From Caulobacterales bacterium (GTDB lineage Bacteria > Pseudomonadota > Alphaproteobacteria > Caulobacterales > Aquidulcibacteraceae): a stretch of DNA of 64,000 nucleotides. Under the pieces are notes generated by a model. The model saw nothing but the letters and a program-made list of their open reading frames with translations. It was not told the origin of the DNA and ran no database searches. Below are positions 47,371 to 56,082 of the stretch, piece after piece. Where the stretch lies: the NCBI GenBank assembly GCA_044340025.1, contig JBIIUJ010000001.1, positions 6,726 to 70,725 of the forward strand, given 5' to 3'. Within the stretch, counting starts at the first letter, position 1. Each line of letters opens with the position of its first letter. Both the position numbers and the translations under genes were made by a program.

Positions 47371-49149
47371 ATGACCTATCACGCCCCCGTTCGCGACATG
47401 AAGTTCCTGTTCGACGAGGTTCTGGAAGTCGACCGCTTCTCCAATCTGGAGGGCTTTTCCGACGCGCCCAAGGATGTGCGCGACCAGATCCTCGAGGAGG
47501 GCGCCAAGTTCTGCGAGAACGTGCTGGCGCCGCTCAATGCGGTCGGCGACAGGCAGGGCTGCATCTGGAACCCCGACAATACGGTCACCACCCCGCCCGG
47601 CTTCAAGGACGCCTACCAGCAGCTTGTGGAGGCGGGCTGGCCGCTGCTTTCGGCGGATCCCGCCTTTGGCGGCCAGGGGCTGCCGCATGTGGTGAACCTT
47701 GCGTTCAACGAGATGGTGAGCTCTTCCAACATGGCGTTCGGCATGTATCCGGGCCTCACCCATGGCTGCTATTCGGCCATTCATGTGGGCGGGTCGCCGG
47801 AGCAGAAGCAGACCTATCTGCCCAAACTCGCATCCGGCGAATGGGCCGGCACCATGAACCTGACCGAGCCGCACTGCGGCACCGATCTGGGCCTGCTGCG
47901 CACCAAGGCGACGCCCCAGCCCGACGGGACCTACAAGATCTCCGGCCAGAAGATCTGGATCTCGGGCGGCGAGCACGACATGACCGAGAACCACATCCAT
48001 CTGGTTCTCGCCCGCATCGAGGGCGCGCCCGCCGGCGTGAAGGGCATTTCGCTTTTCATCGTGCCGAAGTTCCTCGTGAACGAGGATGGAACGCTCGGCG
48101 CGCGCAACCCGGCTTTCTGCGTGGGCCTTGAAGAGAAGATGGGCATCCACGGCAACGCCACCTGCGTGATGCAGTATGAGGAGGCGACGGGCTATCTGAT
48201 CGGGGAGGCCAACAAGGGCCTCGCGGTGATGTTTGTGATGATGAACGAGGCGCGCATCGGGGTGGGCCTTCAGGGCATGGCGCTCTCGGAGGTGGCCTAC
48301 CAGCACGCAGCAGCCTTCGCCAAGGATCGCCGCCAGGGCCGCTCGCTCACGGGCGTCAAGGAACCCGATCAGCCGGCCGATACGATCCTCGTTCACCCGG
48401 ACGTGCGCCGGATGCTGATGGACGTGCGCGCGATCACCGAGGGCGGGCGCGCCTTCCTCTACTGGACGGCGCTTTACGGCGATCTGTTGCACAAGAGCCC
48501 GGACGAGGCCGTGCGCCAGAAGGCCTCTGATTACATGGCGCTGATGACGCCGGTCCTGAAGGCCTATCTGACCGACAAGGGCCACAAGGGCGCCTCCGAC
48601 GCGCTGCAGGTGCATGGCGGCTCCGGCTTCACCGAGCATTATCGCGCCAGCCAGTTCCTGCGCGACAGCAAGATCGCCATGATCTACGAGGGCACCAACG
48701 GGGTGCAGGCGCTGGATCTCGTGGGCCGCAAGCTGGCCGCCAATGGCGGGCGCGCGATCCAGACCTTCTTTGCCGAGATCGACGAGTTCATCGCCGCCCA
48801 CGACGGCGACGCCGACCTGAAACCCTTCGTGGAAGGGCTGCGCAGCGCCCGCATGCAGCTCCAGGACGCCACGATGTGGCTGATGGCCAATGGCATGACG
48901 AACTTCGACAACGCCGGCGCCTCCAGCCACGACTATCTCCACATCTTCGGGCTGACGGGGCTCGCCTACATGTGGGCGCTGATGGCCAAGGCCGCCTATG
49001 CGAAGAAGGGCGCGGAGCCCTTCTACGACACCAAGGTCAAGACCGGGCGCTATTTCATCGACCGCGTCCTGCCCGAGATCGCCAGCCATCTGGCCAAGGT
49101 GAAGACCGGCGCGGAGCCGGTGATGGCGCTCAGCGCAGACGAGTTCTGA
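47371..49149 (+). CDS. Acyl-CoA dehydrogenase, long form (about 590 aa, extra C-terminal domain)
   Basis: GGAGGA SD. ACAD N-terminal, middle and C-terminal domains (..TEPHCGTDLG.., ..IYEGTNGVQALDL..). Confidence 0.9.
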   Translation: MTYHAPVRDMKFLFDEVLEVDRFSNLEGFSDAPKDVRDQILEEGAKFCENVLAPLNAVGDRQGCIWNPDNTVTTPPGFKDAYQQLVEAGWPLLSADPAFGGQGLPHVVNLAFNEMVSSSNMAFGMYPGLTHGCYSAIHVGGSPEQKQTYLPKLASGEWAGTMNLTEPHCGTDLGLLRTKATPQPDGTYKISGQKIWISGGEHDMTENHIHLVLARIEGAPAGVKGISLFIVPKFLVNEDGTLGARNPAFCVGLEEKMGIHGNATCVMQYEEATGYLIGEANKGLAVMFVMMNEARIGVGLQGMALSEVAYQHAAAFAKDRRQGRSLTGVKEPDQPADTILVHPDVRRMLMDVRAITEGGRAFLYWTALYGDLLHKSPDEAVRQKASDYMALMTPVLKAYLTDKGHKGASDALQVHGGSGFTEHYRASQFLRDSKIAMIYEGTNGVQALDLVGRKLAANGGRAIQTFFAEIDEFIAAHDGDADLKPFVEGLRSARMQLQDATMWLMANGMTNFDNAGASSHDYLHIFGLTGLAYMWALMAKAAYAKKGAEPFYDTKVKTGRYFIDRVLPEIASHLAKVKTGAEPVMALSADEF

Positions 49150-49193
49150 TCGAATAATCAAACACAAGCCGCAAGGCGCTCAGGGAGACCATC

Positions 49194-50357
49194 ATGGCTG
49201 CGATCGACCTGCCCAAGGCCGCATGGCGCAACGACGAGGAGCTGAACATCTTCGAGGACGCCGTGCGCGGCTTCTTCGCGAAGGAAGCTCCGCCCGAACG
49301 GATCGCCAAATGGCGCGAGGAGGGCATCGTCGAGCGCGACATGTGGTTCAAGGCGGGCGAGGCGGGCATCCTGTGCGCCTCCATGCCGGAAGCCTATGGC
49401 GGCGCGGGCGGGGATTTCCGCCACGAGGCCGTGCTGATGGACGTGATGGGCAAGATGGGGATCGACGGCTTCGGCGCCTCGCTCCACAACGCCATCGTCG
49501 CACCCTACATCCTGCACTACGGCTCGGAAGAGCAAAAACAGAAATGGCTGCCGAAGATGGCGTCGGGCGAACTCGTCGGCGCCATCGCCATGACCGAGCC
49601 CGGCGCCGGCTCCGATCTCCAGGGCGTGAAGACCACCGCCCAGAAGGTCGGCAACCAGTATGTGATCAACGGCTCCAAGACCTTCATCACCAACGGCCAG
49701 ACCGCCAATCTGATCATCGTGGTCGCCAAGACCGACCCCGCCCAGGGCGCACGCGGCACCTCGCTCATCATGGTCGAGACTGACGAGGTGGAAGGCTTTC
49801 GCCGCGGCCGCAACCTCGACAAGGTGGGCCAGGACGCGCAGGACACGAGCGAACTGTTCTTCGACGATGTGAAGGTCCCTCTGACCAATCTGCTGGGCGC
49901 CGACGAGGGCAGGGGCTTCTTCCAGCTGATGGAACAGCTGCCCTCCGAACGGTTGCAGATCGGCATCCAGGGCGTGGCCACGATGGAGCGCGCGATCGAG
50001 CAAACAGTCGCTTACGTCAAGGAGCGCAAGGCCTTCGGCAAGACCATCATGGACTTCCAGAACACCCAGTTCAAACTGGCCGAGTGCAAGACCAAAGCAA
50101 CCGTGGCGCGCGCCTTCTGCGACCGCTGCACGGAACTTCTGCTGGAAGGCAAGCTCGATGCGGCCACCGCCTCCATGGCCAAATACTGGGTCTCCGACGT
50201 GCAGTGCGAAGTGGTGGACGAGCTCCTCCAGCTTCACGGCGGCTGGGGCTACATGAACGAGTTCCCCATCGCCCAGATGTGGCGCGACAGCCGTGTGCAG
50301 CGCATCTATGGCGGCGCGAACGAAGTGATGAAGGTGCTGATCGCGAGGACGTTGTAG
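49194..50357 (+). CDS. Acyl-CoA dehydrogenase
   Basis: 387 aa with the motifs AMTEPGAGSDL, GGWGYMNEFPIAQMWRDSRVQRIYGGANEVM. Confidence 0.92.
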   Translation: MAAIDLPKAAWRNDEELNIFEDAVRGFFAKEAPPERIAKWREEGIVERDMWFKAGEAGILCASMPEAYGGAGGDFRHEAVLMDVMGKMGIDGFGASLHNAIVAPYILHYGSEEQKQKWLPKMASGELVGAIAMTEPGAGSDLQGVKTTAQKVGNQYVINGSKTFITNGQTANLIIVVAKTDPAQGARGTSLIMVETDEVEGFRRGRNLDKVGQDAQDTSELFFDDVKVPLTNLLGADEGRGFFQLMEQLPSERLQIGIQGVATMERAIEQTVAYVKERKAFGKTIMDFQNTQFKLAECKTKATVARAFCDRCTELLLEGKLDAATASMAKYWVSDVQCEVVDELLQLHGGWGYMNEFPIAQMWRDSRVQRIYGGANEVMKVLIARTL

Positions 50358-50395
50358 TGGCGGCCGCCGCCCCCTTCCCCTCGCTCCGCTCGGGA

Positions 50396-50455
50396 CTTCC
50401 CCCGCAGGCGGGGGAAGATGCCCGCGCCTTGTCTTCCCCCGCTTGCGGGGGGAAG
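50396..50455. repeat. GC-rich palindromic repeat, copy A (two hairpins CTTCCCCCGC-NN-GCGGGGGAAG)
   Basis: Hairpins at 50396..50417 and 50433..50455. The right arm of the second hairpin runs into the osmC SD (AAGGGAG). Confidence 0.85.
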
Positions 50456-50464
50456 GGAGCCTAG

Positions 50465-50926
50465 ATGTCCAACCACACCGCCACTATCCGCTGGGAGCGC
50501 GGCGATCAGCCCTTCCTCGACGGGAAATATTCCCGCGGTCACGAGATCGCGTTTGACGGCGGCGTGTCGATCCGCGGATCGTCCGATCCGGGGACTGTGC
50601 GCCCGCCGCTGAGCGTGGTGGAGGCTGCCGATCCCGAAGAAATGACGGTGGCGGCGCTCGCCTCCTGCCACATGATGTTCTTTCTGTCGTTTGCGAAGAA
50701 GGCCGGCTTCCGGATTGATTCCTATGAGGATCAGCCGGTGGGCGCGCTCGCGGCAGGCGAAGACGGCAAGGTCTGGCTGACGCAGATCACCCTGCGACCC
50801 CGTGTGATGTTTTCCGGCGATGTCACGCCGGATGCAGCGGAAATCCAGCTTCTGCACCATCACGCGCTTGAGGCCTGCTACATCGGCAACTCGCTGCGTT
50901 CCGAGATCCGGGTGGAGCCGCGATGA
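50465..50926 (+). CDS. OsmC/Ohr family protein
   Basis: 153 aa with OsmC-like Cys motifs (..ALASCHMMFF.., ..HHHALEACYIGNS..). Confidence 0.85.
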   Translation: MSNHTATIRWERGDQPFLDGKYSRGHEIAFDGGVSIRGSSDPGTVRPPLSVVEAADPEEMTVAALASCHMMFFLSFAKKAGFRIDSYEDQPVGALAAGEDGKVWLTQITLRPRVMFSGDVTPDAAEIQLLHHHALEACYIGNSLRSEIRVEPR

Positions 50927-50940
50927 GCCTGCGTCGCGCG

Positions 50941-51077
50941 ACCCCTCACGTTTTCCGCCCCCGCCTCGCGGGGGAGGTGCTGAGCGCAGCGAAGCGGAAG
51001 GGGTGTTCGCCCGCCTCCGCCCTCGAAAACGCCCCCTCAGTCGCCTGCGGCGACAGCTCCCCCGCAGCGCGGGGGAG
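50941..51077. repeat. GC-rich palindromic repeat, copy B (two tandem units)
   Basis: Unit 1 is ACCCCTCA..CCCCCGC-CTC-GCGGGGGAGGTG..GCGAAGCGGAAGGGGTGTTCGC. Unit 2 is GCCCCCTCAGTCGC..CTCCCCCGC-AGC-GCGGGGGAG. Confidence 0.85.
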
Positions 51078-51101
51078 CACATCGCGGAAAGGCCTTGCCT
51101 G

Positions 51102-51554
51102 ATGCCTGCCGCCATCCTCGCCGCCGCCGGCATCACGGAAATGTCGCCATCCTCGCGCACGCTGGGGATGGAGATCCTCGCGATGGACGGGCGGGAAGGC
51201 TCGGCGCGGGTGCGTTTCGAGGGCCGGCCCGAATTCGCCAACCCGGCCGGCAGCGTGCAGGGCGGCTTTCTCTCCGCAATGCTCGATGATGTCATCGGCA
51301 TGATGGCGATGGTGAAGGCGGGGCCAAGGATGCTGGCCGCAACCATTGATCTGCATGTGCATTATCTGCGCCCCGTCCGTCCCGGTCCGGTGGAGGTGGC
51401 CGCGCGCATCACCGAGAAGGGGCGCGCCATATTGTTCGCCGAGGCCGAGCTCTATGATCTGCGCGGCAAGATCGCCGCCAAGGCCCGCGCCAGCCTCGCT
51501 CTCACGCCGAAGCGGGACGCCGCGACCGCGCAAGACGAAACCAGAAACGCTTAG
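51102..51554 (+). CDS. PaaI family (hotdog fold) thioesterase
   Basis: 150 aa from ATG 51102, with the motif NPAGSVQGGFLSAMLDD. Confidence 0.85.
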   Translation: MPAAILAAAGITEMSPSSRTLGMEILAMDGREGSARVRFEGRPEFANPAGSVQGGFLSAMLDDVIGMMAMVKAGPRMLAATIDLHVHYLRPVRPGPVEVAARITEKGRAILFAEAELYDLRGKIAAKARASLALTPKRDAATAQDETRNA

Positions 51555-51571
51555 GGAAAAGGAGACCCATC

Positions 51572-52783
51572 ATGGCCGACGCCTACATCTTCGACGCGGT
51601 GCGCACCCCGCGCGGCAAGGGAAAATCCTCGGGCAGCCTGCACGAGATCACCGCGCTCAGTCTCGCCACCCAGGCGCTTCAGGCCATCCGCGACCGCAAC
51701 GGCCTCGACACCTCGAAGGTCGACGATGTGGTTCTGGGCTGCGTTTCGCCGGTGGGCGAGCAGGGCTCCGATATCGCCCGCCTCGCCGTGCTCAACGCCG
51801 ATTATGCCGAGACGACGGCGGGCGTGCAGATCAACCGCTTCTGCGCCTCGGGCCTCGAAGCGTTCAACATGGCTGCCGCCAAGGTGAAGAGCGGCGAGGC
51901 CGACATGGCCATTGGCGGCGGGGTGGAGAGCATGAGCCGCGTGCCCATGGGCTCGGACGGCGGCGCCTGGGCTTCCGACCCCTCCATCGCCATCAAGACC
52001 TATTTCGCGCCGCAAGGCATCGGCGCCGACACGATCGCGACCAAATACGGCTTCTCTCGCGATGACGTGGACGCCTATGCGGTGGAAAGCCAGAAGCGCG
52101 CGGCGCGCGCCTGGGCCGAGGGCCGCTTTTCCAGGTCCATTCTGCCGGTGAAGGACCAGATGGGCGCGATCATCCTCGACCGCGACGAACACATGCGCCC
52201 CGACGCCTCCATGCAGTCCATGGCGGCGCTGGAGCCGAGCTTTTTGATGCAGGGCGAAATGATGCCCGGCTTCGACGCCGTCATCATGCAGCGCTACCCG
52301 GAGCTTGAGCGGATCAACCATGTCCACCACGCCGGCAATTCGTCCGGCATCGTCGATGGCGCGGCCGCCGTGCTCGTCGGCACGCGCGAGATGGGCGAAG
52401 CGCTGGGCCTCAAGCCCCGCGCCCGCGTGAAGGGCATGGCCTCCATCGGCTCGGAACCCTCCATCATGCTCACGGGGCCGGAGTTCGTGACCGCCAAGGT
52501 GCTGAAAAAGCTGGGCATGAAGGCCTCTGACATCGATCTCTACGAGCTGAACGAGGCGTTTGCCTCCGTTGTTCTGCGCATGATGCAGGCCTTGGATATT
52601 CCCCACGACAAGATGAACGTGAACGGCGGCGCCATCGCCATGGGCCATCCGCTGGGCGCCACCGGCGCGATGATCCTCGGCACGGTGCTCGACGAGCTCG
52701 AGCGCTCCGACAAGGAGACCGCCCTCATCACCTTGTGCGTCGGCGCCGGCATGGGCACCGCGACGGTGATCGAGCGGGTTTGA
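51572..52783 (+). CDS. fadA: Acetyl-CoA C-acyltransferase (3-ketoacyl-CoA thiolase)
   Basis: AAGGAGA SD. Active-site motifs NRFCASGLEA, GHPLGATG and CVGAGMG. Confidence 0.93.
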   Translation: MADAYIFDAVRTPRGKGKSSGSLHEITALSLATQALQAIRDRNGLDTSKVDDVVLGCVSPVGEQGSDIARLAVLNADYAETTAGVQINRFCASGLEAFNMAAAKVKSGEADMAIGGGVESMSRVPMGSDGGAWASDPSIAIKTYFAPQGIGADTIATKYGFSRDDVDAYAVESQKRAARAWAEGRFSRSILPVKDQMGAIILDRDEHMRPDASMQSMAALEPSFLMQGEMMPGFDAVIMQRYPELERINHVHHAGNSSGIVDGAAAVLVGTREMGEALGLKPRARVKGMASIGSEPSIMLTGPEFVTAKVLKKLGMKASDIDLYELNEAFASVVLRMMQALDIPHDKMNVNGGAIAMGHPLGATGAMILGTVLDELERSDKETALITLCVGAGMGTATVIERV

Positions 52784-52799
52784 GTCCAGTGAACGCGCC

Positions 52800-52876
52800 A
52801 CACCCCCTCAGTCGCAGCGCATTTCCTCCCCCGCGTCGCGGGGGAGGTGGCGCGCGAAGCGCGTCGGAGGGGGTGT
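52800..52876. repeat. GC-rich nested palindromic repeat, copy C (complete 77-bp unit)
   Basis: Outer arms ACACCCCCTC / GAGGGGGTGT (10 bp, perfect). Inner hairpin CCTCCCCCGC-GTC-GCGGGGGAGG at 52825..52847. Confidence 0.9.
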
Positions 52877-52902
52877 TTGCTACGCCTGGGAGACCCCAAG
52901 CC

Positions 52903-53280
52903 ATGCGCGACGACGAAACCCGGTCGCGGCCTTTCGCGAAGGCCATGCGGGTGCAGATGACGGATGCGGAAACGATCCTGTGGTCGCGCCTGCGCGGCCG
53001 GCAGGTCGAGGGCGCCGCCTTCCGCCGCCAGCATCCGATCGGCCCGTTCATCGCCGACTTCGCCTGCTGGGAGGCCTCGCTCGTGATCGAGGTCGATGGC
53101 GCGACCCATGGCGAGGAGCGTGAGGCTTACGACGCCGCGCGCATGGCGGAGTTGCAAAGGCGGGGCTGGACAGTCCTGCGTGTCGGCAATGTCGACGTCT
53201 ACGACACCCTCAATGGCGTGCTGGAAGCAATCCGCCTGCGGGTTCTTGAGGCCCGACAGGTGCGCCAGAACCGTCGCTGA
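52903..53280 (+). CDS. DUF559 (Vsr-like fold) endonuclease-domain protein
   Basis: 125 aa from ATG 52903: ..MTDAETILWSRLRGRQVEGAAFRRQHPIGPFIADFAC..LVIEVDG..H.. It is inserted between the thiolase and fadB. Confidence 0.85.
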   Translation: MRDDETRSRPFAKAMRVQMTDAETILWSRLRGRQVEGAAFRRQHPIGPFIADFACWEASLVIEVDGATHGEEREAYDAARMAELQRRGWTVLRVGNVDVYDTLNGVLEAIRLRVLEARQVRQNRR

Positions 53281-53327
53281 ACACCCCCTCCGGCCCTTCG
53301 GGCCACCACCCCCGCGGCGCGGGGGAG
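53281..53327. repeat. GC-rich palindromic repeat, copy D (truncated unit)
   Basis: It starts with the same ACACCCCCTC immediately after the DUF559 stop. It then has hairpins GGCCC-TTC-GGGCC and CCCCGC-GGC-GCGGGG, and lacks the right outer arm. Confidence 0.8.
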
Positions 53328-53366
53328 GAAAGACAGAACCAACTGAAATTCAGGGAGCAAGACCCG

Positions 53367-55562
53367 ATGCAAAACTTCAAAACCACCCTCGACGACGACG
53401 GCGTCCTGCACATCGTCTTCGACGTTCCCGGCAAGACGATGAACACCATCACCCAGGGGGTGATGGCCGAGCTTCCGAAGATCGTGGAGCAGATCAAGAC
53501 CGACGCGGCCATCAAGGGCGCGGTGCTCTCGTCGGGCAAGGCCAACGGCTTCTGCGCGGGCGCGGACCTCGGCGAGATCGGCGGCGGCTCGATGGACGCC
53601 GGCAAGGCCAGGACCGAAGACGAGATGCTGAAGGCGGCGTTCGCGTCGGGCTTCACGCTGAACAAGGCGCTGCGCGAGCTTGAAACCTGCGGCAAGCCGG
53701 TGGCCTGCGCGCTGGAGGGGCTGGCGCTCGGCGGCGGGCTGGAGATCGCGCTCGCCTGCCATTATCGGGTCGTGGCAGACAATCCGAAGATCCAGCTCGG
53801 CCTGCCCGAAGCCAAGGTCGGCCTGCTGCCCGGCGCTGGCGGCACGCAGCGTCTGCCCCGCCTGATGGGCGTGCAAAAGGCGCTGCCCTTCATCCTGCAG
53901 GGCACGCCGATGAGCCCGAAGGAGGCGCTGGACAGCGGCGTCGTGGGCGCGGTGGTTCCGGCCGGCGAGACCGTCGCCAGGGCCAGGGAATGGGTGCTCG
54001 CCAATCCGAAGGCCGTCGCCCTGTGGGACGCGAAGGGCTATCGCGTGAAGGACGGCCCCTACACGCCCGGCGGCGCGATCACCTTCATCGGCGGCAACGC
54101 CATGCTCGGCAAGACGACCTTCGGCAATTACCCGGCCCAGAAGGCGATCATGAGCGCGGTCTATGAGGGCATCCAGGTCCCGATGGACGCCGCGCTGCGC
54201 ATCGAGACGCGCTACTTCTTGAAGAACATGGCCTCGCCGTCGGCCAAGTCGATGGTGCGCTCGCTATTCCTGTCGATGCAGGCGCTCGCCAAGGGCGCGA
54301 ACCGGCCGCAAGGCTACAAGCCCTATGAGATCAGGAAGGTCGCGGTGCTCGGCGCCGGCATGATGGGCGCCGGGATCGCCTATGTGCAGGCCATGGCCGG
54401 CATCGAGACGGTGCTGATCGATCAGAGCCAGGAAGCGGCCGAGAAGGGCAAGGACTATTCCAGAAAGCTCGTCGACAAGGCGGTCTCGCGAGGCAAGATG
54501 ACGAAGGAGAAGGCCGACGCGCTGCTCGCCCTCATCACGCCCACGACCGACTACGCCCATGTGAAGGGCGCGGATCTCGTGATCGAGGCGGTGTTCGAAA
54601 ACCGCGAGATCAAGGCCGACGTGACGAGGAAGGCCGAAGCCCAGCTCGCCGAGACGGCGGTGTTTGGGTCCAACACCTCCACCCTGCCGATCACGGGGCT
54701 GGCGAAAGCGAGCGTCCGTCCGGCGAACTTCATCGGCGTGCACTTCTTCTCGCCGGTCGACAAGATGGGGCTCGTCGAGGTCATCATGGGCAAGGAGACG
54801 AGCGAGGAAACGCTCGCCAAGGCGGTCGATTACGTCCTGAAGATCCGCAAGACGCCGATCGTGGTCAACGACAGCCGCGGCTTCTACACCTCGCGCTGCT
54901 TTGGCACCTATGTGCAGGAAGGCATCGAGATGCTGGCCGAAGGCGTGAAGCCCGCCATCATCGAGAATGTCGGCAAGATGACCGGCATGCCGGTCGCCCC
55001 GCTGGCCATGAACGACGAAGTGGCGCTCGATCTCGCCTACAAGGTGGCCCAGCAGACCAAGGCCGACCTGGGCGACGCCTGGAAGCCGACCGCCGCGCAG
55101 GACATCATCGAGACGATGGTGACCAAGCTCGAACGCTTCGGCCGCAAGAACAAGAAGGGCTTCTACGAGTACAAGGACGACGGCTCAAAGCGGATCTGGC
55201 CGGGCCTGTCGGAGCTTGTGGCCACCAGGATCGCCGAATGCCCGCCCGACCTGCGCGAGGAATACAAAAAGCGCCTTCTCTACCGGCAGGCGCTGGAGAC
55301 GGCGCGCTGCTTCGAGGAGGGCGTCATCACCGATCCGCGCGATGCCGATATCGGCTCCATCCTCGGCTGGGGCTTTGCGCCCTACACCGGCGGCACGATC
55401 AGCCTGATCGACGGCATGGGCGTGGCGAAGTTCGTGGCTGAGTGCGACGCGCTCGCCCAGAAATACGGCGAGCGGTTCAAGCCCAACGCGCTGCTGCGCG
55501 ACATGGCCGCCAAGGGCGAGACCTTCTACGGCCGGTTCAGCGGCGCGAAGCAGGCGGCCTGA
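53367..55562 (+). CDS. fadB: Multifunctional enoyl-CoA hydratase/3-hydroxyacyl-CoA dehydrogenase
   Basis: 731 aa. N-terminal crotonase fold (FCAGADL) followed by the NAD-binding motif VAVLGAGMMGAGIA. Confidence 0.93.
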   Translation: MQNFKTTLDDDGVLHIVFDVPGKTMNTITQGVMAELPKIVEQIKTDAAIKGAVLSSGKANGFCAGADLGEIGGGSMDAGKARTEDEMLKAAFASGFTLNKALRELETCGKPVACALEGLALGGGLEIALACHYRVVADNPKIQLGLPEAKVGLLPGAGGTQRLPRLMGVQKALPFILQGTPMSPKEALDSGVVGAVVPAGETVARAREWVLANPKAVALWDAKGYRVKDGPYTPGGAITFIGGNAMLGKTTFGNYPAQKAIMSAVYEGIQVPMDAALRIETRYFLKNMASPSAKSMVRSLFLSMQALAKGANRPQGYKPYEIRKVAVLGAGMMGAGIAYVQAMAGIETVLIDQSQEAAEKGKDYSRKLVDKAVSRGKMTKEKADALLALITPTTDYAHVKGADLVIEAVFENREIKADVTRKAEAQLAETAVFGSNTSTLPITGLAKASVRPANFIGVHFFSPVDKMGLVEVIMGKETSEETLAKAVDYVLKIRKTPIVVNDSRGFYTSRCFGTYVQEGIEMLAEGVKPAIIENVGKMTGMPVAPLAMNDEVALDLAYKVAQQTKADLGDAWKPTAAQDIIETMVTKLERFGRKNKKGFYEYKDDGSKRIWPGLSELVATRIAECPPDLREEYKKRLLYRQALETARCFEEGVITDPRDADIGSILGWGFAPYTGGTISLIDGMGVAKFVAECDALAQKYGERFKPNALLRDMAAKGETFYGRFSGAKQAA

Positions 55563-55569
55563 CTTGCCT

Positions 55570-55687
55570 CCCGTCATCCCGGACGCCGGCAAAGCCGGCG
55601 ATCCGGGATCTCGGGGCCGGGACCTCGGGGAGGAAAAAGCTCTTCAAGATCCCGGCTCTGCGCTTCGCTACGGCCGGGATGACAGGG
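55570..55687. mobile_element. MITE-like element (about 118 bp) with terminal inverted repeats
   Basis: Ends are CCCGTCATCCCGG ... CCGGGATGACAGGG (10-bp perfect core GTCATCCCGG). Internal features are the hairpin GCCGG-CAAAG-CCGGC, inverted CCGGGATC/GATCCCGG, and a 14-bp tandem CCGGGAYCTCGGGG x2. It has no coding capacity. Confidence 0.5.
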
Positions 55688-55692
55688 AAATC

Positions 55693-56082
55693 ATGCCCAT
55701 CATCCTCGACGCTTCCGTCGCCTGTGCGCTTGCCATTGGCGAGCGGCCCGCCCCGCATGTGGCGGCGATCGCAGCGCAGCTCTTCGCCCAGGCGCCGCTC
55801 GTGCCGGCGTGCTTTCCCGGCGAGCTGGAAAAGGCGCTCTTCGCTGCTGTGAGGGCAGGGCGCATCGCGGCGGCGGCGGCCCATGAAGCGAGGGTCCGCA
55901 TGCTTGACCGGGTGCACGTTCGCCCCGCGCCGGACCCTGCGCCTTATCTGCAAAACCATGGCCTGACGCCAAACGACGAGACCTATCTGGCGCTCGCCGT
56001 GGCCGAAGGCGGGGCGCTCGCCACCCTCGATCGCAAGCTCGCAAAGGCCGCCCGCAAGGAGGGGGTGGCGGTGCTGCCCTAG
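55693..56082 (+). CDS. PIN-domain (VapC-like) toxin, no cognate antitoxin gene seen
   Basis: 129 aa from ATG 55693. Conserved acidic positions ILDAS (D6), GELEK, NDETYLALA and TLDRKLAKAA. Confidence 0.8.
   Translation: MPIILDASVACALAIGERPAPHVAAIAAQLFAQAPLVPACFPGELEKALFAAVRAGRIAAAAAHEARVRMLDRVHVRPAPDPAPYLQNHGLTPNDETYLALAVAEGGALATLDRKLAKAARKEGVAVLP

Noticed and set aside
50372-53327. Possibility that the repeated GC-rich hairpins are a CRISPR array.
   Set aside because: The copies are separated by whole genes. They have variable length and internal structure, there are no regular spacers, and no cas genes are present in the window.
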